Of a stretch of DNA of 64,000 nt, positions 38,860 to 47,524 are shown one piece after another. Position 1 is the stretch's first letter. Each line of letters begins with the position of its first letter. The stretch comes from Pirellulales bacterium. Lineage in GTDB: Bacteria; Planctomycetota; Planctomycetia; Pirellulales; DATAWG01. The notes below the pieces were generated by a model that saw nothing but the letters and a program-made list of their open reading frames with translations, did no database searches and was not told where the DNA came from. The position numbers and the translations under genes are program-made. The stretch lies in NCBI GenBank assembly GCA_036267355.1, contig DATAWG010000076.1, positions 60,291 through 124,290 on the forward strand, written 5' to 3'.

Positions 38860-40536
38860 ATGACTTCGCTGAAGCCGATCCCATCACGTTTACTGGGCCA
38901 TTTACTACACTCAGTAACTACACTGGCCGTTTTCACGATTGCGGGCGCGGTGTCAATTAAAGCGTCGTTTGCCGACGATAAGCCGGTAAGTGCAGATCGA
39001 CCAAACATCGTGTTTATCCTGGCCGACGACCATGCCTACCAGGCCGTCAGCGCCTATGGCCACGGCTTCAATCAAACGCCGAATATCGATCGCATCGCTC
39101 ACGATGGAATGCGGTTCGATCGCTGCTTGGTGACCAACTCGCTGTGCGGGCCGAGCCGCGCTTCCGTGCTCACCGGGAAATACAGCCACGCCAACGGCTT
39201 TTACAACAACACGAATTGCCGCTTCGATGGCTCGCAGGTCACGATGCCCAAGCTGTTGCATCAGGCCGGCTATCAGACGGCGATCGTCGGCAAATGGCAT
39301 CTCGAAAGCGATCCGACCGGCTTCGACTACTGGAACATCCTGCCCGGCCAAGGCCAATACTACAATCCGCCGATGATCACGGGCGGCCTGAACACCGCCG
39401 GCCATCGCACGCGCCATACCGGCTACGTGACCGAGATCATCACCGACGACACGCTCGATTGGCTCGCCCATCGCCGCGATCCGTCGAAACCGTTTCTGCT
39501 GATGTGCCACCACAAAGCGCCGCACCGGGAATGGGAGCCGGCGCTGGAAAACCTATCGCTCTACGACGGCGTTAAATTCGCCGAGCCGAAAACGCTGTTC
39601 GACGATTATTCCGGCCGCGGCAAGGCCGAGCACGTGCAAGACATGATGATCCGCAGCACGATGAACGACCACGATCTGAAGCTCAAAACGCCTCCGGATC
39701 TGAATCCCGAGCAGCGCAAGGTGTGGAACGCGTATTACGAACCGCGCAACGAAGCGTTCCGCAAGCTCGATCTCAAAGGGGCCGATCTCGTGCGCTGGAA
39801 ATATCAGCGCTACATGCACGACTACCTGGCCACGATCGCGTCGATCGACCAAAGCGTCGGCCGGGTGCTCGACTATCTGAAGCAATCGGGCCTCGACCGC
39901 AACACGATCGTCGTGTACTCGTCCGACCAGGGTTTTTTCCTCGGCGAACACGGCTGGTTCGACAAGCGCTGGATTTTCGAGCAATCGCTGCGGGCCCCGT
40001 TCGTCGCGCGTTGGCCGGGCGTGACGAAGCCGGGCAGCGTGAATACCGACATCGTGTCGAATCTCGATTTCGCCGAAACGTTTTTGGACGCGGCGGGCGT
40101 GAAAATCCCCGCTGATATGCAAGGCCGCAGCCTCGTGCCGGTGCTCAAAGGCCAAACGCCCGCCGATTGGCGCACGGCGTTTTATTATCACTACTACGAG
40201 CATCCCGGCCCGCACAACGTCGCCCGGCAATACGGCGTGATCACCGATCGCTACAAGCTGGTCTATTTCTACGAACCGGAGTTCAACTATTGGGAACTTT
40301 TTGATCTCAAGAGCGATCCCTTGGAACTCAAAAGTCTGTACGACAATCCGGCGTATGCAAAAGTGCAAAAATCCCTGCACCAGCAACTCGCGGATCTGCG
40401 CGCCACCCTAAAAGTCCCCGCCGAAGACCCGCCGGAATCGATCATTGTCCCCGCGAAACCGAAGCAGCCTGCGAAAACAAAGCACGCCGCGAACAACCCG
40501 CCACCGAGCCTGCAGCGCCAGCAAGGAAGCGGCTGA
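38860..40536 (+). CDS. Sulfatase (formylglycine-dependent, arylsulfatase A family)
   Basis: Signal peptide, then [11 protein letters not shown], then [12 protein letters not shown] (CxPxR). Confidence 0.9.
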   Translation: MTSLKPIPSRLLGHLLHSVTTLAVFTIAGAVSIKASFADDKPVSADRPNIVFILADDHAYQAVSAYGHGFNQTPNIDRIAHDGMRFDRCLVTNSLCGPSRASVLTGKYSHANGFYNNTNCRFDGSQVTMPKLLHQAGYQTAIVGKWHLESDPTGFDYWNILPGQGQYYNPPMITGGLNTAGHRTRHTGYVTEIITDDTLDWLAHRRDPSKPFLLMCHHKAPHREWEPALENLSLYDGVKFAEPKTLFDDYSGRGKAEHVQDMMIRSTMNDHDLKLKTPPDLNPEQRKVWNAYYEPRNEAFRKLDLKGADLVRWKYQRYMHDYLATIASIDQSVGRVLDYLKQSGLDRNTIVVYSSDQGFFLGEHGWFDKRWIFEQSLRAPFVARWPGVTKPGSVNTDIVSNLDFAETFLDAAGVKIPADMQGRSLVPVLKGQTPADWRTAFYYHYYEHPGPHNVARQYGVITDRYKLVYFYEPEFNYWELFDLKSDPLELKSLYDNPAYAKVQKSLHQQLADLRATLKVPAEDPPESIIVPAKPKQPAKTKHAANNPPPSLQRQQGSG

Positions 40537-40706
40537 TGATCGCATGGCGCCGCACGTTACGCGGCAGGAACGCCTCGCCTTCGAGCGGCTTCCAACCCGT
40601 GGCGCAAGCCAACTGCAAACTGCGCAATCGCCGAGAATCTCGCGCTTCTGGTTTATCGACAAAAGAGCAGTACGATGCCCCTTCTTCCTCCCTGAGTGCC
40701 CGAGCA

Positions 40707-42053
40707 TCAAGCATCCGCGGCGGCCAGTCGCAAGCGGACGATCATTTCGTGGCCATCGCGAATGATGTGCAAATCGACGTCGTCGCCGGGGCGATGGCTT
40801 TCGATGGCGTCCAAAAAGTCGTCGGCATTGGTGGTTTTTTGATTGTCGACGCCGATGATCATGTCGGCCGTGCTGCGGTCGACCGTCGTGGTTTCATAGG
40901 TAAATGGTCCCTGGCGCTTGCGTTGCTTGACGAGTTTGAATCCGCGCAGGCCGGCTTGTTCGGCCGGGCCGCCGGGTGTCATCGTGGCGATATACAAGCC
41001 GCGGCCCGTTTCCGGTTGATAGACTCGCGTGATCCCGGTTTCGGGGCGAATCACTTTATGCAGCGGGCTTTCGATCAATTGCGTGGCGATGCGGCTGATC
41101 ATGCTCACTGGGATTGCGAAACCGATGCCGGTGTTCTGCCCGGTTCGACTGGCGATGGCGGTGTTCATGCCGATGAGCCGGCCATGCGTATCCAAGAGCG
41201 GTCCGCCGGAATTGCCCGGGTTGATCGCGGCATCGGTTTGGATCACGGATTTGATGCTGCGGTTGTTTCGGGCCGGCAGTGTGCGATTGAGGCTGGAGAT
41301 GATGCCGGTGGTCAGCGTTCGCTCGAGGCCGAACGGATTGCCGATGGCAAATACGCGCTGGCCGACGCGCAAATGCGTCGAATCGCCGAACCGCACGGGG
41401 TATAGCGATTCGGGCGGGGCGTCGATGTGCAGCACGGCCACGTCGCTGGAAATATCGCGGCCGACGACGTGGGCTTCGTGTGGCGAGCCGTCGAACAGCG
41501 TGACTTCGATTTCCGTCGCCCCTTCGATGACGTGATAGTTCGTCAAAATATTGCCGCGCTTATCGAGCACCGAGCCGGAGCCGGCCCCTTCCTGCGAATT
41601 GTCGAACATCAAAAAATTCGCCGTGCCCGGAATCTTGGTGACGATATTGACCACGCTACGATTGACGCTTTCGTAAACGGCGACGTTCACGCGCTCGTCG
41701 GGCGTAAGTTCGTCGTCGCCCGCCGCGCGGCCGCGAACGGCGATCGGCAGCGGAGCGCCGATCGGCGGGGCCGCTTGAACTGGAGCCGGGTTCAACGGCG
41801 CCGGCCCGCTTGGCGCGTCTTGCCCGGCCGGCGGTGCCGCGGACTGCAAGGGAGAATATGAGGGAGCATTTTGCGGCAAATCGGGCACCGGCGTCGCCGG
41901 CACCTGCCGATAGTTCGGCGCAAATTGCGGACCGGGCAGCGGCGGCTCGGCCGCGGCGAGCTGCATTGGCGAACGCGGTTGGTTGAAAAGTGCCACCGAA
42001 AGGGCCACTCCCACCAGGGCGCTGATCAGGCACAAAACGACGTTCTTTCGCAT
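40707..42053 (-). CDS. HtrA/DegP-family serine protease with PDZ domain
   Basis: N-terminal TM segment and Pro-rich linker. HVIEGA (His), GNSGGPLLD (Ser). C-terminal PDZ-like region. Confidence 0.9.
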   Translation of the reverse strand: MRKNVVLCLISALVGVALSVALFNQPRSPMQLAAAEPPLPGPQFAPNYRQVPATPVPDLPQNAPSYSPLQSAAPPAGQDAPSGPAPLNPAPVQAAPPIGAPLPIAVRGRAAGDDELTPDERVNVAVYESVNRSVVNIVTKIPGTANFLMFDNSQEGAGSGSVLDKRGNILTNYHVIEGATEIEVTLFDGSPHEAHVVGRDISSDVAVLHIDAPPESLYPVRFGDSTHLRVGQRVFAIGNPFGLERTLTTGIISSLNRTLPARNNRSIKSVIQTDAAINPGNSGGPLLDTHGRLIGMNTAIASRTGQNTGIGFAIPVSMISRIATQLIESPLHKVIRPETGITRVYQPETGRGLYIATMTPGGPAEQAGLRGFKLVKQRKRQGPFTYETTTVDRSTADMIIGVDNQKTTNADDFLDAIESHRPGDDVDLHIIRDGHEMIVRLRLAAADA

Positions 42054-42211
42054 GACTTCGTCCTAGATGAAACGATTAACGGGCAAAATCCCTAAACCCA
42101 TCGTATACCGTCTGCCCTTCGCATTCATAAAAATATCGAATCGGGCAGAAACAAGCGAGTCCAGTCGGGGGCTGCTCGAGTGCAAGTCGCACTTTGCTTA
42201 AGGCGGCCAGT

Positions 42212-42310
42212 GGGGTCGGGGTAGGGGCGAGGGGCGAGGGACGAGTGAAGTCAGGCCGGACGCACGCGCGCCCCTCGCCCCCCGTCCCTCGTCCCTCGTC
42301 CCTCGCCCCT
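42212..42310. repeat. G-tract / C-tract inverted repeat (GGGGCGAGGGACGAG family) with G-quadruplex potential on both strands
   Basis: GGGGtcGGGGtaGGGGcgaGGGGcgaGGG (42212-42240) faces CCCCTCGCCCCCCGTCCCTCGTCCCTCGTCCCTCGCCCCT (42271-42310) across a 25-nt spacer. Lies in a divergent intergenic region. Confidence 0.7.
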
Positions 42311-42461
42311 CACAAGAGCCCCATCGGCAACCAACGCGGCCGGCGCGTGCGGTCCGGCCTATGGCGAGGGGGAAACGCAGGCGGTATGATGGCACTGAAT
42401 TCGGTCGCGCGAGCCACAGCGGGGGTTAAGCGGCTTGCGGCCAATTTTTAAGGAGCTCTCT

Positions 42462-43073
42462 ATGTCGGGCATGTTGCGGCGACTGGGCGGTGCATGGCTG
42501 GGCGCGGGCATGTTGGTCGCGGCCGTCATGGCGGCGGCAGCAGGGGGCGGGTTTGTTTCCAATTGGTTGTCGCATGGTTCCGATGGACCGCCCATGGCAA
42601 ATCCGTTCGAAGCCGGCTTCTTGAAAGCGGTCGGCGTCGGCGCCACCGCCACGCACGGCAACGACTCGGTGATCATGTGCACCGGCGAAGTCGATATCGG
42701 CATCGAGGCCGTGTATGTCCTGGATGTCGTCACCGGGGAGTTGAAGGGGGGCGTGCTGAACATCCGCACCGGCCGATTCATGACAGCCTATAGCTACAGC
42801 AACGTGGCCAAAGACCTGCAGGCCGACTCGGTGAAAAACCCAAAATATCTCATGGTCACCGGCGAAGCCCAGTCGACGCAGGGCTTCGGCGGCACCAATG
42901 GCCGCATCGGTCGAGCGGTGGTTTATATCGCGGAGACGAATTCCGGTTGGGTCGCCTGCTACGCGGTGCCCTGGACCCCGAACCGCGCGACCGCTTCCAA
43001 TCCAGCAAGCACGTCGTTGGTCTTGTCAGACCGCTTCCAATTCCGGCAAGGAGCCATCGTTCGGCCACAGTGA
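42462..43073 (+). CDS. Hypothetical secreted/membrane-anchored protein
   Basis: AAGGAG Shine-Dalgarno 7 nt upstream of the ATG. Hydrophobic N-terminal signal/anchor. No recognisable domain. Confidence 0.55.
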   Translation: MSGMLRRLGGAWLGAGMLVAAVMAAAAGGGFVSNWLSHGSDGPPMANPFEAGFLKAVGVGATATHGNDSVIMCTGEVDIGIEAVYVLDVVTGELKGGVLNIRTGRFMTAYSYSNVAKDLQADSVKNPKYLMVTGEAQSTQGFGGTNGRIGRAVVYIAETNSGWVACYAVPWTPNRATASNPASTSLVLSDRFQFRQGAIVRPQ

Positions 43074-43206
43074 TTTTGATTTTCAAACTACGGTGATTTT
43101 CAAACTAGGGTTATCCTGAATTGCAGGATTCAAAGATCGTCCAAGGCAAGCCGCGGTGATTTAGGCCGCGGCGAAGAAGATAACTTTCGCCCTAACGCAT
43201 CGCGAT

Positions 43207-43296
43207 CCCTCGCTTACGCTTCGGGCTAGTGTGCTGACGCTTCGGGCTAGTGTGCTGTCGCTTCGGGCCCCCGTTAGCCCGAAGCGCAAGCGAGGG
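43207..43296. repeat. Nested palindrome containing a 21-nt tandem duplication
   Basis: ACGCTTCGGGCTAGTGTGCTG occurs twice (43216-43236, 43237-43257). A perfect hairpin CGCTTCGGGC-N8-GCCCGAAGCG follows. Outer 20-nt arms 43207-43226 / 43277-43296 differ by 1 mismatch. Confidence 0.8.
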
Positions 43297-43408
43297 AGGC
43301 CCCGCCGCCGAACTAATTTTTCGAGCGGCGGTCAGGCGGCGCAAATCAATGGAAACTCGATCGCCCCTCGGTGCGGAGCCCCTCCGTTTGAATTCAACCG
43401 GCCAATTT

Positions 43409-43609
43409 GTGACCGTGATCGTGAATGGCCAGCCTCGGCAAGTGGCAGAGGGCATGTCGGTGGCCGGGCTGCTGGCCGATTTGGGGCTTGTCTCCGGGCC
43501 GGTGGCGGTGGAAGTGAATCTGGAGTTGGTGCCGCGAGCCCAGCATGCCCGGCAGCCGTTGGCCGAGGGAGATCGCGTCGAAATCGTCACGCTCGTCGGC
43601 GGAGGTTAA
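43409..43609 (+). CDS. thiS: Sulfur-carrier protein ThiS
   Basis: Ends in ...VTLVGGG, a C-terminal GG directly upstream of thiG. GTG 43409 gives the canonical 66 aa; ATG 43349 is an alternative start. Confidence 0.8.
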   Translation: MTVIVNGQPRQVAEGMSVAGLLADLGLVSGPVAVEVNLELVPRAQHARQPLAEGDRVEIVTLVGGG

Positions 43610-43613
43610 TCGC

Positions 43614-44486
43614 ATGCTCGAACCAAGCGCAGTGGAAACAAACGCCGCGGCCCCGGCAAGCGGTCCGCTCGATTCGCCGCTGCGGATCGGCAGCCACACG
43701 CTCAGCAGCCGGCTAATCGTCGGCACCGGCAAATACGCGACGCACGAACTGATGGCCCAAGCGCTGGCCCTCTCGGGAACCGACTGCATCACCGTGGCCG
43801 TCCGGCGCGAGCGGCTCTTCGACAGTCAAGGGCGAAATCTGCTCGATGCGATCGACCGCAATCGCTACACACTGTTGCCGAACACGGCCGGCTGCTTCAC
43901 GGCCGACGATGCGGTGCGCGTCGCCCGATTGGGCCGCGAACTTTTGCTGGGCTTGGAAAACCCCGGCGCCGATTGGGTGAAGCTGGAGGTGCTGGCCGAC
44001 AAAAAGACGCTGCTGCCCGATCCGGTCGCGACGGTCGAGGCCACCGAGCGGCTCGTGGCCGAGGGGTTTGTCGTGCTGTGCTACACGAGCGACGATCCGA
44101 TCATCGCCCGGCGATTGAAAAATGCCGGCGCGGCGAGCGTCATGCCGGCCGGCAGCCCGATCGGCTCAGGGCAAGGGATTCTGAACCCGAACAACATCCG
44201 CATCTGTCTGGAATACCTCAAGCAAGACGATCCGGATTATCCGGTGATCGTCGATGCGGGAGTGGGCACGGCCAGCGATGTGACGATCGCGATGGAATTG
44301 GGCGTCGACGGCGTGCTCTTGAACACCGGCATCGCCGGCGCGGCCGATCCGCTGGGGATGGCCCAAGCGATGCGTGCCGCGATCGTCGCCGGCCGATTGG
44401 CGTGGCTCTCGGGCCGCATCCCAAAGCGCCTATACGCGACCGCCAGCAGCCCCGACGCCGGTCTCATCAGCCCGAAGCCGCGGTGA
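43614..44486 (+). CDS. thiG: Thiazole synthase ThiG
   Basis: [19 protein letters not shown] and [10 protein letters not shown]...LLPD. 290 aa. Starts 5 nt after the thiS stop. Confidence 0.9.
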   Translation: MLEPSAVETNAAAPASGPLDSPLRIGSHTLSSRLIVGTGKYATHELMAQALALSGTDCITVAVRRERLFDSQGRNLLDAIDRNRYTLLPNTAGCFTADDAVRVARLGRELLLGLENPGADWVKLEVLADKKTLLPDPVATVEATERLVAEGFVVLCYTSDDPIIARRLKNAGAASVMPAGSPIGSGQGILNPNNIRICLEYLKQDDPDYPVIVDAGVGTASDVTIAMELGVDGVLLNTGIAGAADPLGMAQAMRAAIVAGRLAWLSGRIPKRLYATASSPDAGLISPKPR

Positions 44487-45223
44487 CGCGAAGGCGTCTG
44501 CCAGGCTTCGGAGCTTCGCAAGACGACGGGCCGTGGGGCATTTCATGCTTTGGACCGCCTTGCCGCTTACCATGGTCGTCCGCGTGCGAGCGGCAAGCCG
44601 CTAGCCCACCGGTATTCTTCCGGGGTAAACGCAGCCGCGTGCTTGTGCGTGCCCCTTCTCCCCGCTTGCAGCGACGCTTGACGCAGTGCCAGCGGCGCAT
44701 CCGGAGCGTGTGCTAGGTCCGTTCCCAGCGAATGGACCTGGCAGCCCTGCCAGCCGTTTTGTGCTTCCCCAGGCGAGTGAAACTTCACCTTTTCCGTGAA
44801 TTGACGCTAACCGCATTGTGCGGAAAAGAGATCGGGCCCCGCTGCTGCGAAACGTGTTTCAAAGCGGTGAAATCCGCCGAAATCGCCATTCGAGTTCTCG
44901 AAAGTGTTTTGAATGCGCAAGTTGTTTTGGAATTGCCACTTGTGATCCGACGCGAAATTTTCCGAGTCCGCGGCGCGGTCGTTGCTTTACAGGGTTGCAT
45001 CAACCAAGTGGCCGACGAGTTTTAGGAGAGCCGTCAGCTTCGCGTCTGAACACTTGTGTGAATCGATGTGTAAGCAAGTGTGTGGCCGAAGCCGCAGCGA
45101 GGCCAGCGAGGTTGGCAAGTAGTGCGGCGTGTGGTGTCCGGGAGTTTGCGGCGTGGCTGCCGATCCCGGGAGTGAGGTGGGCGGTGGCGGAAACGCGTAC
45201 CGCATTACGGCATTAACCCTTCG

Positions 45224-45739
45224 TTGTCTTACCCATCGAGTACCCCAGTCATGAGCACCGTCGTTTCTTCCATTCGCGACCCGATCCCACGTGAGCAGCC
45301 TCGTCTGGAGCGAGCGGTGAAGACCGTTGCCACGCGCGGCTTGCTGGAATGCCTGATCGTTTCGCCGCGGGCGAAGCAACGCGAAGCGCTTTCGCGTGCC
45401 GCCACCGCCGGCGGTTGGGCGAGCGTCGTCTGCAGTGATGCCGCGACGGGCCGTCATCTCGCGCAGCGGATCGTCGTCAAGCTGGCGTTCATCGATTTGG
45501 AAGAGGGTTCGCTCGACGCGCTCGTGAGCCTACAAGAACTCGCCGCGGATTTGGCCCGCATGGGCTGCCCGTTGTTGGTTGTCTGCGGGGCCGATGGCGA
45601 TCGCCAGCAAGAAATTTGGGCGCGGCAACTCGGCGCCTGGCTTTACTTGCCCGGAATGGCGGGCGTTGAAGAAATGACCCAACTGTGTGAAGAAGCCCGC
45701 AATGTCGTGGAGCGCAAGAGCCCCAGCGGCATCCGCTAG
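45224..45739 (+). CDS. Hypothetical protein, possibly receiver-like (pseudo-receiver) fold
   Basis: Alternating beta/alpha-like pattern (CLIVSP..., LAFIDL, PLLVVCG). No clear phospho-acceptor motifs. Start uncertain (45224 or 45251). Confidence 0.4.
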   Translation: MSYPSSTPVMSTVVSSIRDPIPREQPRLERAVKTVATRGLLECLIVSPRAKQREALSRAATAGGWASVVCSDAATGRHLAQRIVVKLAFIDLEEGSLDALVSLQELAADLARMGCPLLVVCGADGDRQQEIWARQLGAWLYLPGMAGVEEMTQLCEEARNVVERKSPSGIR

Positions 45740-45816
45740 ATGCATCGATCGCGTGACGTCGATCCATTCCCTGCCGTCCGAATCATTCAACCATCGTTGC
45801 GACCAAGGAGTTAGCC

Positions 45817-45996
45817 ATGCAATCGCCGAGCTACGCGTATCAGCAGGATCATGAGATGGACTACAGCGTCGAATTTGGCCGGCGAGAGACGGAGCGTTCG
45901 CGTCGTCCGCGTCGCCCGAGTTATTCGCGCGGCGGCAACCGGCCGGTCGTCGTCAACGGCATTCATCGTCGCCGCCACAAGCGTTGCACGTGGTGA
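45817..45996 (+). CDS. Small arginine-rich protein, NGIHRRRHKR C-terminal motif family (59 aa)
   Basis: AAGGAG 6 nt upstream of the ATG. Too short for the ORF track. Translation: MQSPSYAYQQDHEMDYSVEFGRRETERSRRPRRPSYSRGGNRPVVVNGIHRRRHKRCTW. Paralogous to 58070-58240 and 58915-59091. Confidence 0.6.
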   Translation: MQSPSYAYQQDHEMDYSVEFGRRETERSRRPRRPSYSRGGNRPVVVNGIHRRRHKRCTW

Positions 45997-46199
45997 TTGC
46001 ATGGGCCCGGGGTCAATCGCCAGCGGCCGACCGAACCGCAAGCGATTCATCGCAGCGCCCGACACGTGCCTTGACGCCGATTGCCTCGCTGCCCGACCCC
46101 AAATCAGGCTGCCACCAAAGATCACGAGCTTCGTTCTGCTGTCTCTGACGTCCGACCCCTGACCCTGTTCTCCGCTCCTTCAACCCCCAGCGCCACCCC

Positions 46200-47078
46200 A
46201 TGCTATCCACCAACCGACACGTTCTGGCCGGCAGTTTCCGTTGGCCGCTCGTTTGCTGCACTGTTGCCGTTGCATTGATCGCGTGGACAAGCGCCGACAG
46301 GGCCGTCGCGCAGTCCTTTTCGCTGTATGACCCGAACATTTCGTCGACCGTGCAAACCGTCACCAGCGCGCCGGTCTCCGATCTGCTGGTGCCCGGGAGC
46401 TACGCCGAGGCTGATGGTGTGGAGTTCAGCAATTTTTCGATGACCACCGCGGCATTCGGCGCGGGAGTGGTCTTGCCAACTGCCGCAGACATGGTCATCT
46501 CGGCGCCCAACAGCGCGACGCCCGAACTGAAATTCCAAGGCGGACCGTTTCTTGCCCTCAACAACCAATTCGTCGACGTAAGCCTGCAGTTCGACGTGAC
46601 CGCCCTCGATTCCAATCAGAAGCTGACCACCGCCGAACTCCGCTATACGGGCGGCACCTCCGGCACCGGCAGCGTCGTGTTCAGCGAAGATGTCGACGAT
46701 ATGAGCAACAATCTGCTCGGCGACGGATCCTTTGTGCTGCAGCAAGGATTTTCCGGGTCGTCGAACGCCGGCACGATCGCTTTCGCCGGCCAGCAAGAAA
46801 TTCAGGTCAGCAAGGATATCGAGCTATTCGGTCAGGCGACCGGCGATTCGGCGACGCTCAGCGATTTCACGCAGACATTCAATGTCACCCCGGCGGCGGT
46901 GCCCGAGCCGAGCAGTATCGCCATGGCAATCTTCGGAAGCGCCGGCCTTGGCTGGTTCGGCTGGCGTCGGAAGGGGAAGCGGCGAAACGCGGAGCTTGCA
47001 TGTATGGCGACGCGATCTTTGCTCGATGTGAGCAGTCCTCGGTTTGCCCGAGTGAACCTGATTCCCGCCTCGGCCTGA
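46200..47078 (+). CDS. PEP-CTERM sorting-domain protein
   Basis: N-terminal signal peptide. VPEPSSIAMAIFGSAGLGWFGWRRKGKRR (PEP, hydrophobic helix, basic cluster) is followed by 30 further residues. Confidence 0.75.
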   Translation: MLSTNRHVLAGSFRWPLVCCTVAVALIAWTSADRAVAQSFSLYDPNISSTVQTVTSAPVSDLLVPGSYAEADGVEFSNFSMTTAAFGAGVVLPTAADMVISAPNSATPELKFQGGPFLALNNQFVDVSLQFDVTALDSNQKLTTAELRYTGGTSGTGSVVFSEDVDDMSNNLLGDGSFVLQQGFSGSSNAGTIAFAGQQEIQVSKDIELFGQATGDSATLSDFTQTFNVTPAAVPEPSSIAMAIFGSAGLGWFGWRRKGKRRNAELACMATRSLLDVSSPRFARVNLIPASA

Positions 47079-47163
47079 GCGGATGCAGCGTGGCATCGCA
47101 CGAGAGACGCGGCAGTTAACAGTCTCAATTCATCGGACTCCGAACACAGAAGGAGCGCGAATC

Positions 47164-47370
47164 ATGGGCAGCTTCCATAGGGAATCGCACGACCGGAAGA
47201 AGTCTGGCGTCGCTCGTGGCCAATCGACCGGTGCGGAAACGGTTCGTTCGTCGCGGCGATTCAGCTATAGCCAAACGAACGGTTGGCAACAAGGTAGCGC
47301 CGCTCGCGCTCGCGGCCGGGCCAATCGCCTCGCCGCATTCAACCACCGCTGGTTTGGCCGCTTCGAATAG
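47164..47370 (+). CDS. Small basic hypothetical protein (68 aa)
   Basis: AAGGAG 8 nt upstream of the ATG. MGSFHRESHDRKKSG...SSRRFSYSQTNG...FNHRWFGRFE. Weak resemblance (RRxSYS) to the small-protein family. Confidence 0.4.
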   Translation: MGSFHRESHDRKKSGVARGQSTGAETVRSSRRFSYSQTNGWQQGSAARARGRANRLAAFNHRWFGRFE

Positions 47371-47524
47371 ATGTTGCCGCGGCAACCGTCTTTTCCCTCG
47401 TGCGCGTGCCGCTGCAGGCGTGCCGCCGGGTCCGTGTGCCACTGGCTCCGCCAGTGTACGAAGAGCGAGTTCGCCCGGCCGCATCCGCCTGTTTCCGGCA
47501 AATCGCGGTCTCCGAGACAAATCT

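Noticed and set aside
43074-43408. Expected a TPP (THI-box) riboswitch upstream of thiS-thiG.
   Set aside because: I could not find the conserved THI-box core (CUGAGA ... ACCUGAUCUGGAUAAUGCCAGCG-like). The region is instead filled with unrelated repeats. Only a covariance-model scan could settle this.
45650-45816. Looked for a sigma-54 promoter upstream of the third small ORF (45817), and at TGGCATCGCTTTGC (59418-59431).
   Set aside because: No GG-N10-GC element with correct spacing precedes 45817; the candidate GGCATCCGCTAGATGCA is 2 nt too long. The 59418 site is 1 nt too short, and sigma-54 spacing is rigid.
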